From assembly GCA_025964555.1 (NCBI GenBank), contig JAOPYQ010000027.1, positions 111,462 through 175,461 on the forward strand: a stretch of 64,000 nucleotides of DNA. Reading direction: 5' to 3'. Source of the DNA: Thermoleophilia bacterium (GTDB lineage Bacteria; Actinomycetota; Thermoleophilia; Gaiellales; SKUG01). Shown piece by piece: positions 19,151 through 26,618 of this stretch; the first letter of the stretch is position 1; each line of letters begins with the position of its first letter. The position numbers and the translations under genes are program-made. The notes under the pieces are model-generated. The model was given only the letters and a program-made list of their open reading frames with translations. It did no database searches and was not told where the DNA came from.

Positions 19151-19408
19151 GCCGACAGGCTACCCGAGCTTTGTTGAACTTGACCCTGAAATTGGGACCT
19201 CAGGACCCGTCACTCCGTTTTTCGGGAGGACTGGCCGGGCGCTGGCGTGCCCGAGTGCCCCACGCCGCGCGAGGTGCGGTCACTGACTAACCCTGTGGGT
19301 CAGTAGGTGACCGAACCTCCCCGCGAACCGCACCTGCGTCGCACGTTGCGGTCGCAGGGCGCCCGAATCGTGCGACACGTGGCGCGAGCGGGTTGGCGCG
19401 AGCGGGGG

Positions 19409-21763
19409 TCAGACCGCGTCGGCGTGCTCGGCGCGGTGGGCGTGCGCTCCGACGGCGTTGGGCTCGAGCGCGCGCTCGATCACCTCGTGCAGCTGCAGGG
19501 ATGGCTGGAACGTCATCACGTCGCGCACCTCCTGCGGCACGTCGGCGAGGTCGGCCCGGTTGCGTTCGGGAAGCACGACCTCGGTGAGGCCGGCAGCGTG
19601 CGCCGCGAGCACCTTCTGCTTGAGCCCGCCGATCGGCAGCACCTTGCCCTGGAGCGTCAGCTCACCCGTCATCCCGAGCGTGTGGCGCACGGGGCGGCCG
19701 GTCAGCAGCGACACGAGCGCGGTCGCCATCGTGATGCCGGCGCTCGGGCCATCCTTGGGAATGGCTCCCGCCGGCACGTGCAGGTGGAAGGTGCGTCCCT
19801 CGAACGCGGACTGGTCGATGCCGAAGCTGTCGGCGTTCGCGCGCACGTGGCTCAGTGCGATGCGCGCGCTCTCGCGCATGACGTCGCCGAGCTGGCCGGT
19901 GAGCACGAGCTCGCCACCGCTCGAGCCGGAGGACGGCATCGACGTCGCCTCGACGAAGAGCACGTCCCCGCCGGTGCCGGTGACTGCGAGGCCGGTCGCG
20001 ACGCCAGGCACTGCGGTGCGCTCGGCGCTCTCATGCCAGACCCGTCGCTTGCCCAGTGCCGCGCGTGCGGCATCGGGGTCGACGACGATCGTCGACGTGT
20101 CGTCCTCGGTGTCAGTCGAGCCGGCGCCGACCACGCGCGTCGCGGTCTTGCGGGCGACGGTCGCGAGCGCGCGGTCGAGCTGGCGGACGCCGCCCTCACG
20201 CGTGTACTCGTCGATGATCGCGCGCACGGCCTCGTCGACCAGCGTGACCTCGCCCTCGCGCAGTCCTGCCCGGTCACGCTGGCGTGGCCAGAGGTGGCGC
20301 GAACCGATCGCGACCTTCTCCTCGGTCGTGTAGCCGTCGAAGGGGATGACCTCCATGCGGTCGAGCAGCGGGCCGGGGATCTGTTCGGCGACGTTCGCCG
20401 TCGCGATGAAGAACACGCCGGACAGGTCGAGGTCGACATCCAGGTAGTGGTCACGGAACGTGTGGTTCTGGGCCGGGTCGAGCACCTCGAGCAGGGCGCT
20501 CGAGGGATCGCCGCGCCAGTCCGCGCCGACCTTGTCGACCTCGTCGAGCAGGATCACCGGGTTCATCGTGCCGGCATCGCGCAAGGCCCGGACGAGTCGA
20601 CCGGGAAGCGCGCCGACGTACGTGCGTCGGTGGCCGCGAATCTCCGCCTCGTCGCGCATGCCACCGAGTGACATGCGGACGAACTTGCGTCCGAGTGCGT
20701 GGGCGATCGACTCGCCGATCGACGTCTTGCCGGTGCCGGGAGGTCCGACGAGCGTGAGGATCGCGCCGGAACGCGGGTCGGCTTCGATCTCGCGCTCGAT
20801 GCGCAGCTTGCGCACGGACAGGTGCTCGATGATGCGGTCCTTCACGTCGTCGAGGCCCGCGTGCTCGTCGTCGAGCACCTCGCGCGCGCGAGTCACGTCG
20901 AGCTCGTCCACGGTGCGCTCGCCCCATGGCACGTCGAGCAGCCAGTCGAGGTAGGTGCGGATGGTCTGCGCTTCCATCCCGCCGTCGCCCATGCGATCGA
21001 GGCGGCCGAGCTCGCGCTCGAACTGCTCGCGCACTGCGTCGGGCATGCCGGAGGCATCGAGCTTGGTGCGGTACTCGTCGATGACGGACGCGTCGTCGTC
21101 GCCCAGCTCCTTGCGGATCGAGTCCATCTGCTTGCGCAGGAAGAAGTCGCGCTGCTGCTTCTGGGTCTCGTCCTGGATGTTGTCGCGCACGCGGCGTCGT
21201 ACCTGCAGCTCCGCGAGGACCTCGCGCTGCAGCTCGAGCGCGAGGGCGAGGCGCTCCTCGACGTCGAGCTTCTCGAGGATCTGGACCTTCTGCTCGTGTC
21301 GCAGGTCGGGCGAGTAGCCGGCGGTGTCGGCGAGCGTGCCGGCGTCGGTGATCGCGCGCACGAACTGGCTCACGCGATCGTCGATGCCACGGATCTCGAT
21401 GATCTCCTCGACGATCGCCCGATACTCGCGCTCGGCCTCGGCGGTGCGTGCGCGGGGCGGGTTCTCGTCGGGGTGGGGTTCGACCGGCACGTAGAGGCGC
21501 CCATCGATGCCGGTGGTGGCGACGCCCGGCACGCCGCGATCTCCGCCGGTGACGACGGCGGCGCGACCGCCGCGGGGCAGGCGACCGACCTCGGTGACGT
21601 CGGCGATCACGCCGACGTTCGCGTACACGCCATCGTCGTCGCGCGGCACGAGCAGCACTCGGTCGCCGACGGACACGTCGACGTCGAGGGGCAGCGAGAT
21701 CGTCATGTCCGGGAAGACGACCGTGTCGTCGACGGGGACCAGGAGCAGCAGTTCGTGAGACAT
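19409..21763 (-). CDS. lon: ATP-dependent Lon protease
   Basis: Starts at MSHELLLLVPV (ATG 21763). Walker A GPPGTGKTS; catalytic serine motif PKDGPSAGITM. The listed 1524-aa ORF extends another 740 Arg-rich codons upstream, which I reject. Confidence 0.95.
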   Translation of the reverse strand: MSHELLLLVPVDDTVVFPDMTISLPLDVDVSVGDRVLLVPRDDDGVYANVGVIADVTEVGRLPRGGRAAVVTGGDRGVPGVATTGIDGRLYVPVEPHPDENPPRARTAEAEREYRAIVEEIIEIRGIDDRVSQFVRAITDAGTLADTAGYSPDLRHEQKVQILEKLDVEERLALALELQREVLAELQVRRRVRDNIQDETQKQQRDFFLRKQMDSIRKELGDDDASVIDEYRTKLDASGMPDAVREQFERELGRLDRMGDGGMEAQTIRTYLDWLLDVPWGERTVDELDVTRAREVLDDEHAGLDDVKDRIIEHLSVRKLRIEREIEADPRSGAILTLVGPPGTGKTSIGESIAHALGRKFVRMSLGGMRDEAEIRGHRRTYVGALPGRLVRALRDAGTMNPVILLDEVDKVGADWRGDPSSALLEVLDPAQNHTFRDHYLDVDLDLSGVFFIATANVAEQIPGPLLDRMEVIPFDGYTTEEKVAIGSRHLWPRQRDRAGLREGEVTLVDEAVRAIIDEYTREGGVRQLDRALATVARKTATRVVGAGSTDTEDDTSTIVVDPDAARAALGKRRVWHESAERTAVPGVATGLAVTGTGGDVLFVEATSMPSSGSSGGELVLTGQLGDVMRESARIALSHVRANADSFGIDQSAFEGRTFHLHVPAGAIPKDGPSAGITMATALVSLLTGRPVRHTLGMTGELTLQGKVLPIGGLKQKVLAAHAAGLTEVVLPERNRADLADVPQEVRDVMTFQPSLQLHEVIERALEPNAVGAHAHRAEHADAV

Positions 21764-21780
21764 GTCGGAATCCTCAGGTC

Positions 21781-21804
21781 TGGCACTCTCCGAAACGAGT
21801 GCCA
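21781..21804 (-). promoter_or_regulatory. Perfect 8-bp-arm inverted repeat in the lon leader (TGGCACTC-N8-GAGTGCCA)
   Basis: Read directly. Lies 18-41 nt upstream of the lon ATG, just before a GAGGA Shine-Dalgarno-like element. Could be an operator or a 5'-UTR hairpin. Confidence 0.3.
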
Positions 21805-21946
21805 ACTGCGAGTACCGTACGCCCGTTTCCTTGCGCTCGCAACTACATGCCCGTTTTAGCGGGGCCGTGCCCGAAAACGACGTCGCCATCAGGGGTGCCC
21901 AGGGCGGATCGGTCGCCCCTGGCGAGCTGGGCGCGGTCGTCTGGTG

Positions 21947-22049
21947 ACTGTCGCAGCCTGCCTCCACATGCTGGTGGCAGGTTGCCGCGGTCGATTCGCG
22001 TCGGCGAACTGTCGCATCCCGCCTCCACATGTTGGTGGTGCGCTGCCGC
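21947..22049. repeat. Two 42-bp direct repeats (35/42 identical) spaced 61 bp start-to-start, in the lon / dtxR-MCO divergent intergenic region
   Basis: Copy A 21947-21988: actgtcgcagcctgcctccacatgctggtggcaggttgccgc. Copy B 22008-22049: actgtcgcatcccgcctccacatgttggtggtgcgctgccgc. Shared core: GCCTCCACATGyTGGTGG. Confidence 0.6.
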
Positions 22050-22132
22050 AGCTTGGCCGCAGTTGGGCCACAGTGGGAGGTCGTTGGGTTGGTGCTCGCC
22101 CCAGGTATAAATATTTCGGCGGCCTTGCGCCA

Positions 22133-22154
22133 GAGTTTCGTCATGGCTAAACTC
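22133..22154 (+). promoter_or_regulatory. Palindrome GAGTTT-N10-AAACTC ending 5 bp before the dtxR-MCO start; candidate autoregulatory operator
   Basis: Read directly. An unusually AT-rich box, ggtataaatatttc, lies ~20 bp upstream at about 22103-22117 in an otherwise GC-rich intergenic region. Confidence 0.35.
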
Positions 22155-22159
22155 CGGTT

Positions 22160-23953
22160 ATGGCGACCCATCTCTCTGCATTGCGGAATGGCGTAGCTCC
22201 TCGGTCGGTTGCGGTCGAGGACTATGTGAAGTGCATCTGGACCCTCGAGGAATCCGGTGAGGAGCCCACGGGGAGCGCGATCGCGGCCAAGCTCGAGGTC
22301 TCGCCCGCGTCGGTCACCGGCATGGGTCGCAAGCTCGTCCAGCTCGGACTGGTCGAGCAGGAGCCCTACCGTCCGTGGCGCCTGACGGCCAGTGGTCGAC
22401 TGCTGGCACTCGAGATCGTTCGCCACCACCGCCTGCTCGAGCTGTTCCTCGCCCGCTCGCTCGGGATGGGCTGGGACCGCATCCACGCCGAGGCGGAAGT
22501 GCTCGAGCACCACATCAGCGAGGAGCTCGAGGAGCTCATCGCGACGGCGCTCGGCGACCCCGAGTTCGACCCGCACGGTCACCCGATCCCGACGCGCGAC
22601 GGCACGATGCCGACCCGGCGCATGCGATCGATCCTCGACGTGCCCGCGGGCGACGTCGCCACGATCGTCCAGGTGCGCGGCGAGACGCCCGAACTGCTGC
22701 GCTACCTGGACGAGCACGGCCTGCTCGTCGGCACGGCGGTGACCGTGGTCGCGCACGAGCCGGTCGCCGGAACCACGTCGGTTCGCGTGCGCGGCGAGGA
22801 CCCGCTCGTGGTGATGGGCAACGACCTCGCATCGCGCATCGATGTCGACGGCGACCCGCACCCGGCTGCCGGTGACCGACCGGCGTCGGAGCGCTCCGCC
22901 GCCGAGCGGCTCGCGGCCGATCCTGCCGAGCGCGGCTCGGTGGAGGCGCGCATCATCGCGGTCGGCGCGGCAACCATCGCGCTGCTCGTGGCCGCACTCG
23001 CGGCAGTGCTGTTCGTGCAGGGCGCACCCGACGGCGAGCGCCGCATCCTCGCGGCCGACGCGCACGCCGCGATGCACGGCGACGGCTCGTCGGAGGATGC
23101 GCGCTCGGCGATGATCGGCGAGCAGGTCCCCGCGCCGGGCGGCCCGCACGACACCGACGACATCCTCTACCCACCGCCCGCCCAGCCCTACGAGCCGGGT
23201 CGGGTGCGCGAATTCACGCTCGACGTCGAGGAGACGATGCTCGAAGTCGCACCCGGACTGAAATTCCCGGCGTGGACGTTCAACGGCAGCGCCCCCGGAC
23301 CCGTGCTGCGCGTGACCGAGGGCGACCGCGTGCGCATCACGCTGCGCAACAAGAGCACCCAGCCGCACACGCTGCACAGCCACGGCATCCACACGTCCGA
23401 CCAGGACGGCGTGTTCGAGATCGTCGCGCCCGGCGAGGAGCACGTGTACGAATTCACCGCCGGACCCGCTGGCGTGATGCCGTACCACTGCCACGTCATG
23501 CCGCTCAAGAAGCACATCGGCAAGGGCCTCTACGGCACGATCATCATCGACCCGAAGGTGCCGCGACCCAAGGCGAAGGAGCTGACGATGGTCATGAACG
23601 CCTTCGACACCGACTACGACGGCGAGAACGAGGTCTACGCCGTCAACGGCAAGGCCTTCTACTACGCCAAGTACCCGATCAAGGTGAAGCGCGGCGAGCT
23701 GGTCCGGATCTTCCTGACCAACATGACCGAGAACGATCCGATCAACTCGTTCCACCTGCACGGCAATTTCTTCACCTACTGGCCGGTGACGTTCGACAAC
23801 CCCAGCCTGTACACCGACGTGGTGTCGCAGATCCAGGGTGACCGAGGCATCATCGAGGCGCGATTCCCCTCCACGGGCGAGTACATGTTCCACGCGCACC
23901 AGACCGAGTTCGGCGACCTCGGCTGGATGGGATTCTTCGAGGTGGTCGCATGA
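22160..23953 (+). CDS. Fusion protein: DtxR/MntR-family metalloregulator (wHTH + metal/dimerisation + FeoA/SH3-like domain) - linker - one TM helix - two-domain multicopper oxidase
   Basis: Single uninterrupted 597-aa ORF. N-terminal part: EDYVKCIW, RHHRLLELFL, HAEAEVLEHHIS, DPHGHPIP, then an SH3-like segment (aa ~155-228). Hydrophobic helix ARIIAVGAATIALLVAALAAVLFV (aa ~263-286). C-terminal part carries copper motifs HTLHSH (403-408), YHCH...H (442-452), FHLHG (531-535) and FHAH (577-580). Confidence 0.85.
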   Translation: MATHLSALRNGVAPRSVAVEDYVKCIWTLEESGEEPTGSAIAAKLEVSPASVTGMGRKLVQLGLVEQEPYRPWRLTASGRLLALEIVRHHRLLELFLARSLGMGWDRIHAEAEVLEHHISEELEELIATALGDPEFDPHGHPIPTRDGTMPTRRMRSILDVPAGDVATIVQVRGETPELLRYLDEHGLLVGTAVTVVAHEPVAGTTSVRVRGEDPLVVMGNDLASRIDVDGDPHPAAGDRPASERSAAERLAADPAERGSVEARIIAVGAATIALLVAALAAVLFVQGAPDGERRILAADAHAAMHGDGSSEDARSAMIGEQVPAPGGPHDTDDILYPPPAQPYEPGRVREFTLDVEETMLEVAPGLKFPAWTFNGSAPGPVLRVTEGDRVRITLRNKSTQPHTLHSHGIHTSDQDGVFEIVAPGEEHVYEFTAGPAGVMPYHCHVMPLKKHIGKGLYGTIIIDPKVPRPKAKELTMVMNAFDTDYDGENEVYAVNGKAFYYAKYPIKVKRGELVRIFLTNMTENDPINSFHLHGNFFTYWPVTFDNPSLYTDVVSQIQGDRGIIEARFPSTGEYMFHAHQTEFGDLGWMGFFEVVA

Positions 23954-25182
23954 GCAGCATCGATACCGACGTGTCAGTCGCACCGGTCGAGGCCGGCAGC
24001 CGCATCGCCTCGATCGGCGTCGCGGTCATGCCGATCGTGGTGCTCGTGGCGATCGTCGCCGCGGTCCTCGCCGGCGGCGACAGGATCCTCGGGGGCTTCG
24101 GACACAACCCACCACCGGCCGACGAGGTCGTCGTCGATCGCGTGCACTTCGTGGACGGCCACATCGAGGTGTCGATCACGAACCCGCAGAGCGACCCGAT
24201 CACGCCTGCGGTCGTGTACGTCGACTCGGCGATCGCGTACGGCGTGGAGGGCCTCGGCGAGGAGCTCGGGCGCCACGACGACGCGACGCTCGTCATCCCG
24301 TACCCGTGGATCCAGGACGATCCGTACACGATCGACATCACCTCTTCGAGCGGCATCACCACGACCGTGGACGTGCCCGCGGCGGTGCCGGCGGCGCGTG
24401 TGGATGCGGGTGGCCTCGGCTGGGGCGCGCTCATCGGCATCCTCGTCGGCGTCGTGCCGGTCGCGCTCGGACTCGCGTGGCTGCCCGCGATGCGACGGCT
24501 GCGCCCGTCGATCGTGGCGGGATTCGTCGCCTTCACCGGTGGCCTGCTGCTGTTCCTGGCGATCGATGCGACTGCGGAGGCCTTCGACGTGCAGGCGCGT
24601 GTGCTGCCCGCGTTCGGGGGTGCCGGCCTCATCGCGATGGGGATCGTCGCGAGCATGGTGGCCATCTCGTTGCTCGGACGCTGGCTGCGGCACGGCGTGG
24701 TGGAGGACGATCGTGACGCGACGTCGACCGCGATGACGCTGGCGTTGCTCGTCGCGGTCGGCATCGGCGTGCACAACCTCGGCGAGGGGCTCGCGATCGG
24801 CTCGAGCTTCTCGCTCGGCGAGGGGTCGCTTGCGGTGTCGCTCATCGTGGGCTTCATGGTGCACAACCTCACCGAGGGCATCGGCATCGCTGCGCCGATC
24901 GCCTCGGCGCGCGGATCGCTTCGCGCGTGGCCGGCGATCGGGCTCGCGCTCGTCGCCGGCGTTCCGGCGGTGGCGGGGATCTGGCTCGGCCGCTACGTCG
25001 AGGGCAACCTGTTCGCAGCGCTCTGCTTCTCGATCGCGGCAGGTGCTGCGCTGCAGGTGGTCGTCGAGGTCTCGAAGTTCGTGCGGCGCGCGCCGGGTGG
25101 CGGATTCACCGCGCCGGGCGTGCAGGCCGGATTCGCGCTCGGGATGGTCGCGATGTGGCTGACCGGCTCGCTCGCCGGCTGA
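23950..25182 (+). CDS. ZIP-family divalent metal permease with an extra N-terminal TM helix and a ~120-aa extracytoplasmic domain
   Basis: ZIP signature helices HNLGEGLAIG and HNLTEGIGIA. Start overlaps the upstream stop (ATGA at 23950-23953). Confidence 0.85.
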   Translation: MSSIDTDVSVAPVEAGSRIASIGVAVMPIVVLVAIVAAVLAGGDRILGGFGHNPPPADEVVVDRVHFVDGHIEVSITNPQSDPITPAVVYVDSAIAYGVEGLGEELGRHDDATLVIPYPWIQDDPYTIDITSSSGITTTVDVPAAVPAARVDAGGLGWGALIGILVGVVPVALGLAWLPAMRRLRPSIVAGFVAFTGGLLLFLAIDATAEAFDVQARVLPAFGGAGLIAMGIVASMVAISLLGRWLRHGVVEDDRDATSTAMTLALLVAVGIGVHNLGEGLAIGSSFSLGEGSLAVSLIVGFMVHNLTEGIGIAAPIASARGSLRAWPAIGLALVAGVPAVAGIWLGRYVEGNLFAALCFSIAAGAALQVVVEVSKFVRRAPGGGFTAPGVQAGFALGMVAMWLTGSLAG

Positions 25183-25186
25183 GGGA

Positions 25187-25807
25187 TCAGCGCTCGATGG
25201 TGTCGAGCGTGCGAAGCCACCTGACGATGTGCGGGAGACTGTCCACGAACGCGCCGGGCTCGAGCGACTCGCGGTAGCACGCTGCCTGGAGCATTCCGAG
25301 CCAGCCGAACGCGACGTAGTCGGGGTCGAGGTCCGGGTCGGTGACTCCCTGCTGCTGGCCGAGGCCGATGGCCATCCGTACCTGTTCGAGCGTCTCGTGC
25401 TCGATCGCTGCGAGCAGGGCCCGAACCGCCTGCTTGTCCACGGTCACCGCGATCCGTCGCAGCTGGTGCAGCTCGAGGAACTCCGGCTCGTGGATCATCC
25501 GCTCGAGGTACTGCGCAGACTGCTGCACGATGTCGTTGCCAGCCGTCGCGTACTCGTCGTAGAGGCGGCGAACCCGATCCATCGAATCCTGGAGCGACTG
25601 CATGAACAGGTCGAGCTTTCCGGCGAAGTGCTTGTAGAGCATCGGCTCGCTGCATCCGGCGACCCGCGCGATGCTCGCCGTGCTGGCGCCGTAGTAGCCG
25701 ACGCGGGCGAACTCCGAGCGCGCTGCACGGAGGATCCCCTTGCGCCGCTCGTCCCCGGTCAGGCGGGGGCGGGGCGGGTCATACTCGGTGAGTGCGGGTT
25801 CGCGCAT
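25187..25807 (-). CDS. TetR-family transcriptional regulator
   Basis: Starts at MREPALTEY (ATG 25807). HTH ASTASIARVAGCSEPMLYKHF. The upstream part of the listed 373-aa ORF is rejected. Confidence 0.9.
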   Translation of the reverse strand: MREPALTEYDPPRPRLTGDERRKGILRAARSEFARVGYYGASTASIARVAGCSEPMLYKHFAGKLDLFMQSLQDSMDRVRRLYDEYATAGNDIVQQSAQYLERMIHEPEFLELHQLRRIAVTVDKQAVRALLAAIEHETLEQVRMAIGLGQQQGVTDPDLDPDYVAFGWLGMLQAACYRESLEPGAFVDSLPHIVRWLRTLDTIER

Positions 25808-25843
25808 GCCCCTCGATCGTAGACCGGGTGGCGTGGATAAATT

Positions 25844-25870
25844 CGTTCGAACGGAAGGAATGTATACGTT
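25844..25870. promoter_or_regulatory. Two palindromes in the TetR divergent promoter: CGTTCGAACG (perfect 10-mer, 25844-25853) and AATGTATACGTT (10/12, 25859-25870)
   Basis: Read directly. AT-rich island between the TetR start (25807) and the divergent GTG start (25898); a typical TetR operator position. Confidence 0.4.
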
Positions 25871-25897
25871 GGCGGCATCAGTTGGAAGGATCGTAGG

Positions 25898-26581
25898 GTG
25901 ACGTGGCCCACGCGAATCCTGTTGTTGTGCACGGCGTGCTGCTTGCTCGTCCCGGCGACCGCCTTCGGGCACGGCGCCGAGGACAAGAAATACCGTACGG
26001 AGATCGTTTCGATCGAGCCGTCGGGGCTCCCCGTCGACGTGCGGATGAGCAAGGGCGACGAGATCCGGTTCGAGAACCAGGGCGACGAGGACCTGATGCT
26101 GTGCGGCTATGACGCCGACACGTGCGAGGAGTGGGTCAGGATCGGCCCCGACGGCGTCTTCGTCGACACGAACTCCAAGGCGTACTACTCCAACTCGGAG
26201 GAGGACCAGCCCGGCGCCGTGCCGGAGGACGCCGGCGAGGGCCCTCCCGGCTTCGAGCGCGTGCGCGAGGCGCCGGCCTTCTACGCCTACCACGACCATC
26301 GCGTGCACTGGATGGGGCGGGCACTCCCGCCGGGGGTCGACGACTCCGACCCGTCGACCCAGAAGGTCATGGATGGCGAGGTCCGGTTCCGGTACGGCGA
26401 CACGCCGGGCACCGTGAAGGTGCGCGTCGACTACGTCGGCGGACAGACGTGGCTGCAGCGATACGGCGAGCAGCTCATCGTCGCCGGCGGCATCCTCGTG
26501 ATGATCGTCGTGTTCGCGATCGACGCGGTGAGGCGCCGGCGGCGCGCTGCGTCACCCGTCGTCGCGGACGACGAGGTGTAA
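25898..26581 (+). CDS. Secreted, C-terminally membrane-anchored protein of unknown function with a His-rich motif
   Basis: GTG start preceded by GGAAGGA. Signal peptide ILLLCTACCLLVPATAFG followed by HGAED. Motif YAYHDHRVHWM. C-terminal TM LIVAGGILVMIVVFAI followed by RRRRR. Confidence 0.65.
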   Translation: MTWPTRILLLCTACCLLVPATAFGHGAEDKKYRTEIVSIEPSGLPVDVRMSKGDEIRFENQGDEDLMLCGYDADTCEEWVRIGPDGVFVDTNSKAYYSNSEEDQPGAVPEDAGEGPPGFERVREAPAFYAYHDHRVHWMGRALPPGVDDSDPSTQKVMDGEVRFRYGDTPGTVKVRVDYVGGQTWLQRYGEQLIVAGGILVMIVVFAIDAVRRRRRAASPVVADDEV

Positions 26582-26618
26582 CTCGCCCCGAGTGCCGGGG
26601 CGGGGTGCTCGCGCCAGA

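Noticed and set aside
16574-19177. 867-aa ORF on the + strand opposite the RND permease
   Set aside because: Arg/Asp/Glu/His-rich nonsense composition. The minus-strand RND protein is unambiguous.
19151-19408. tRNA, small RNA or an intrinsic terminator between lon and the RND gene
   Set aside because: There are only imperfect inverted repeats (e.g. GGTCACTGAC...GTCAGTAGGTGACC). None has a following U-tract or a cloverleaf-compatible arrangement.
21781-21804. TGGCAC in the lon leader as a sigma-54 -24 element, or the inverted repeat as an HspR HAIR site
   Set aside because: There is no TTGC -12 element at the right spacing, and Actinomycetota generally lack sigma-54. The arm polarity and sequence also differ from CTTGAGT-N7-ACTCAAG.
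21764-22159. Known metal riboswitch (yybP-ykoY Mn type) or a DtxR/IdeR 19-bp box (TTAGGTTAGGCTAACCTAA-like) upstream of the dtxR-MCO gene
   Set aside because: No recognisable match to either consensus. The repeats and palindrome present have different sequences.
21764-23983. The upstream 740 codons of the listed 1524-aa ORF 19409-23983 (-), which would extend Lon
   Set aside because: The sequence upstream of MSHELLLL is Arg-rich junk. It runs antisense through the well-supported dtxR-MCO gene. Lon family proteins begin at the MSHELLLLVPV-type N-domain.
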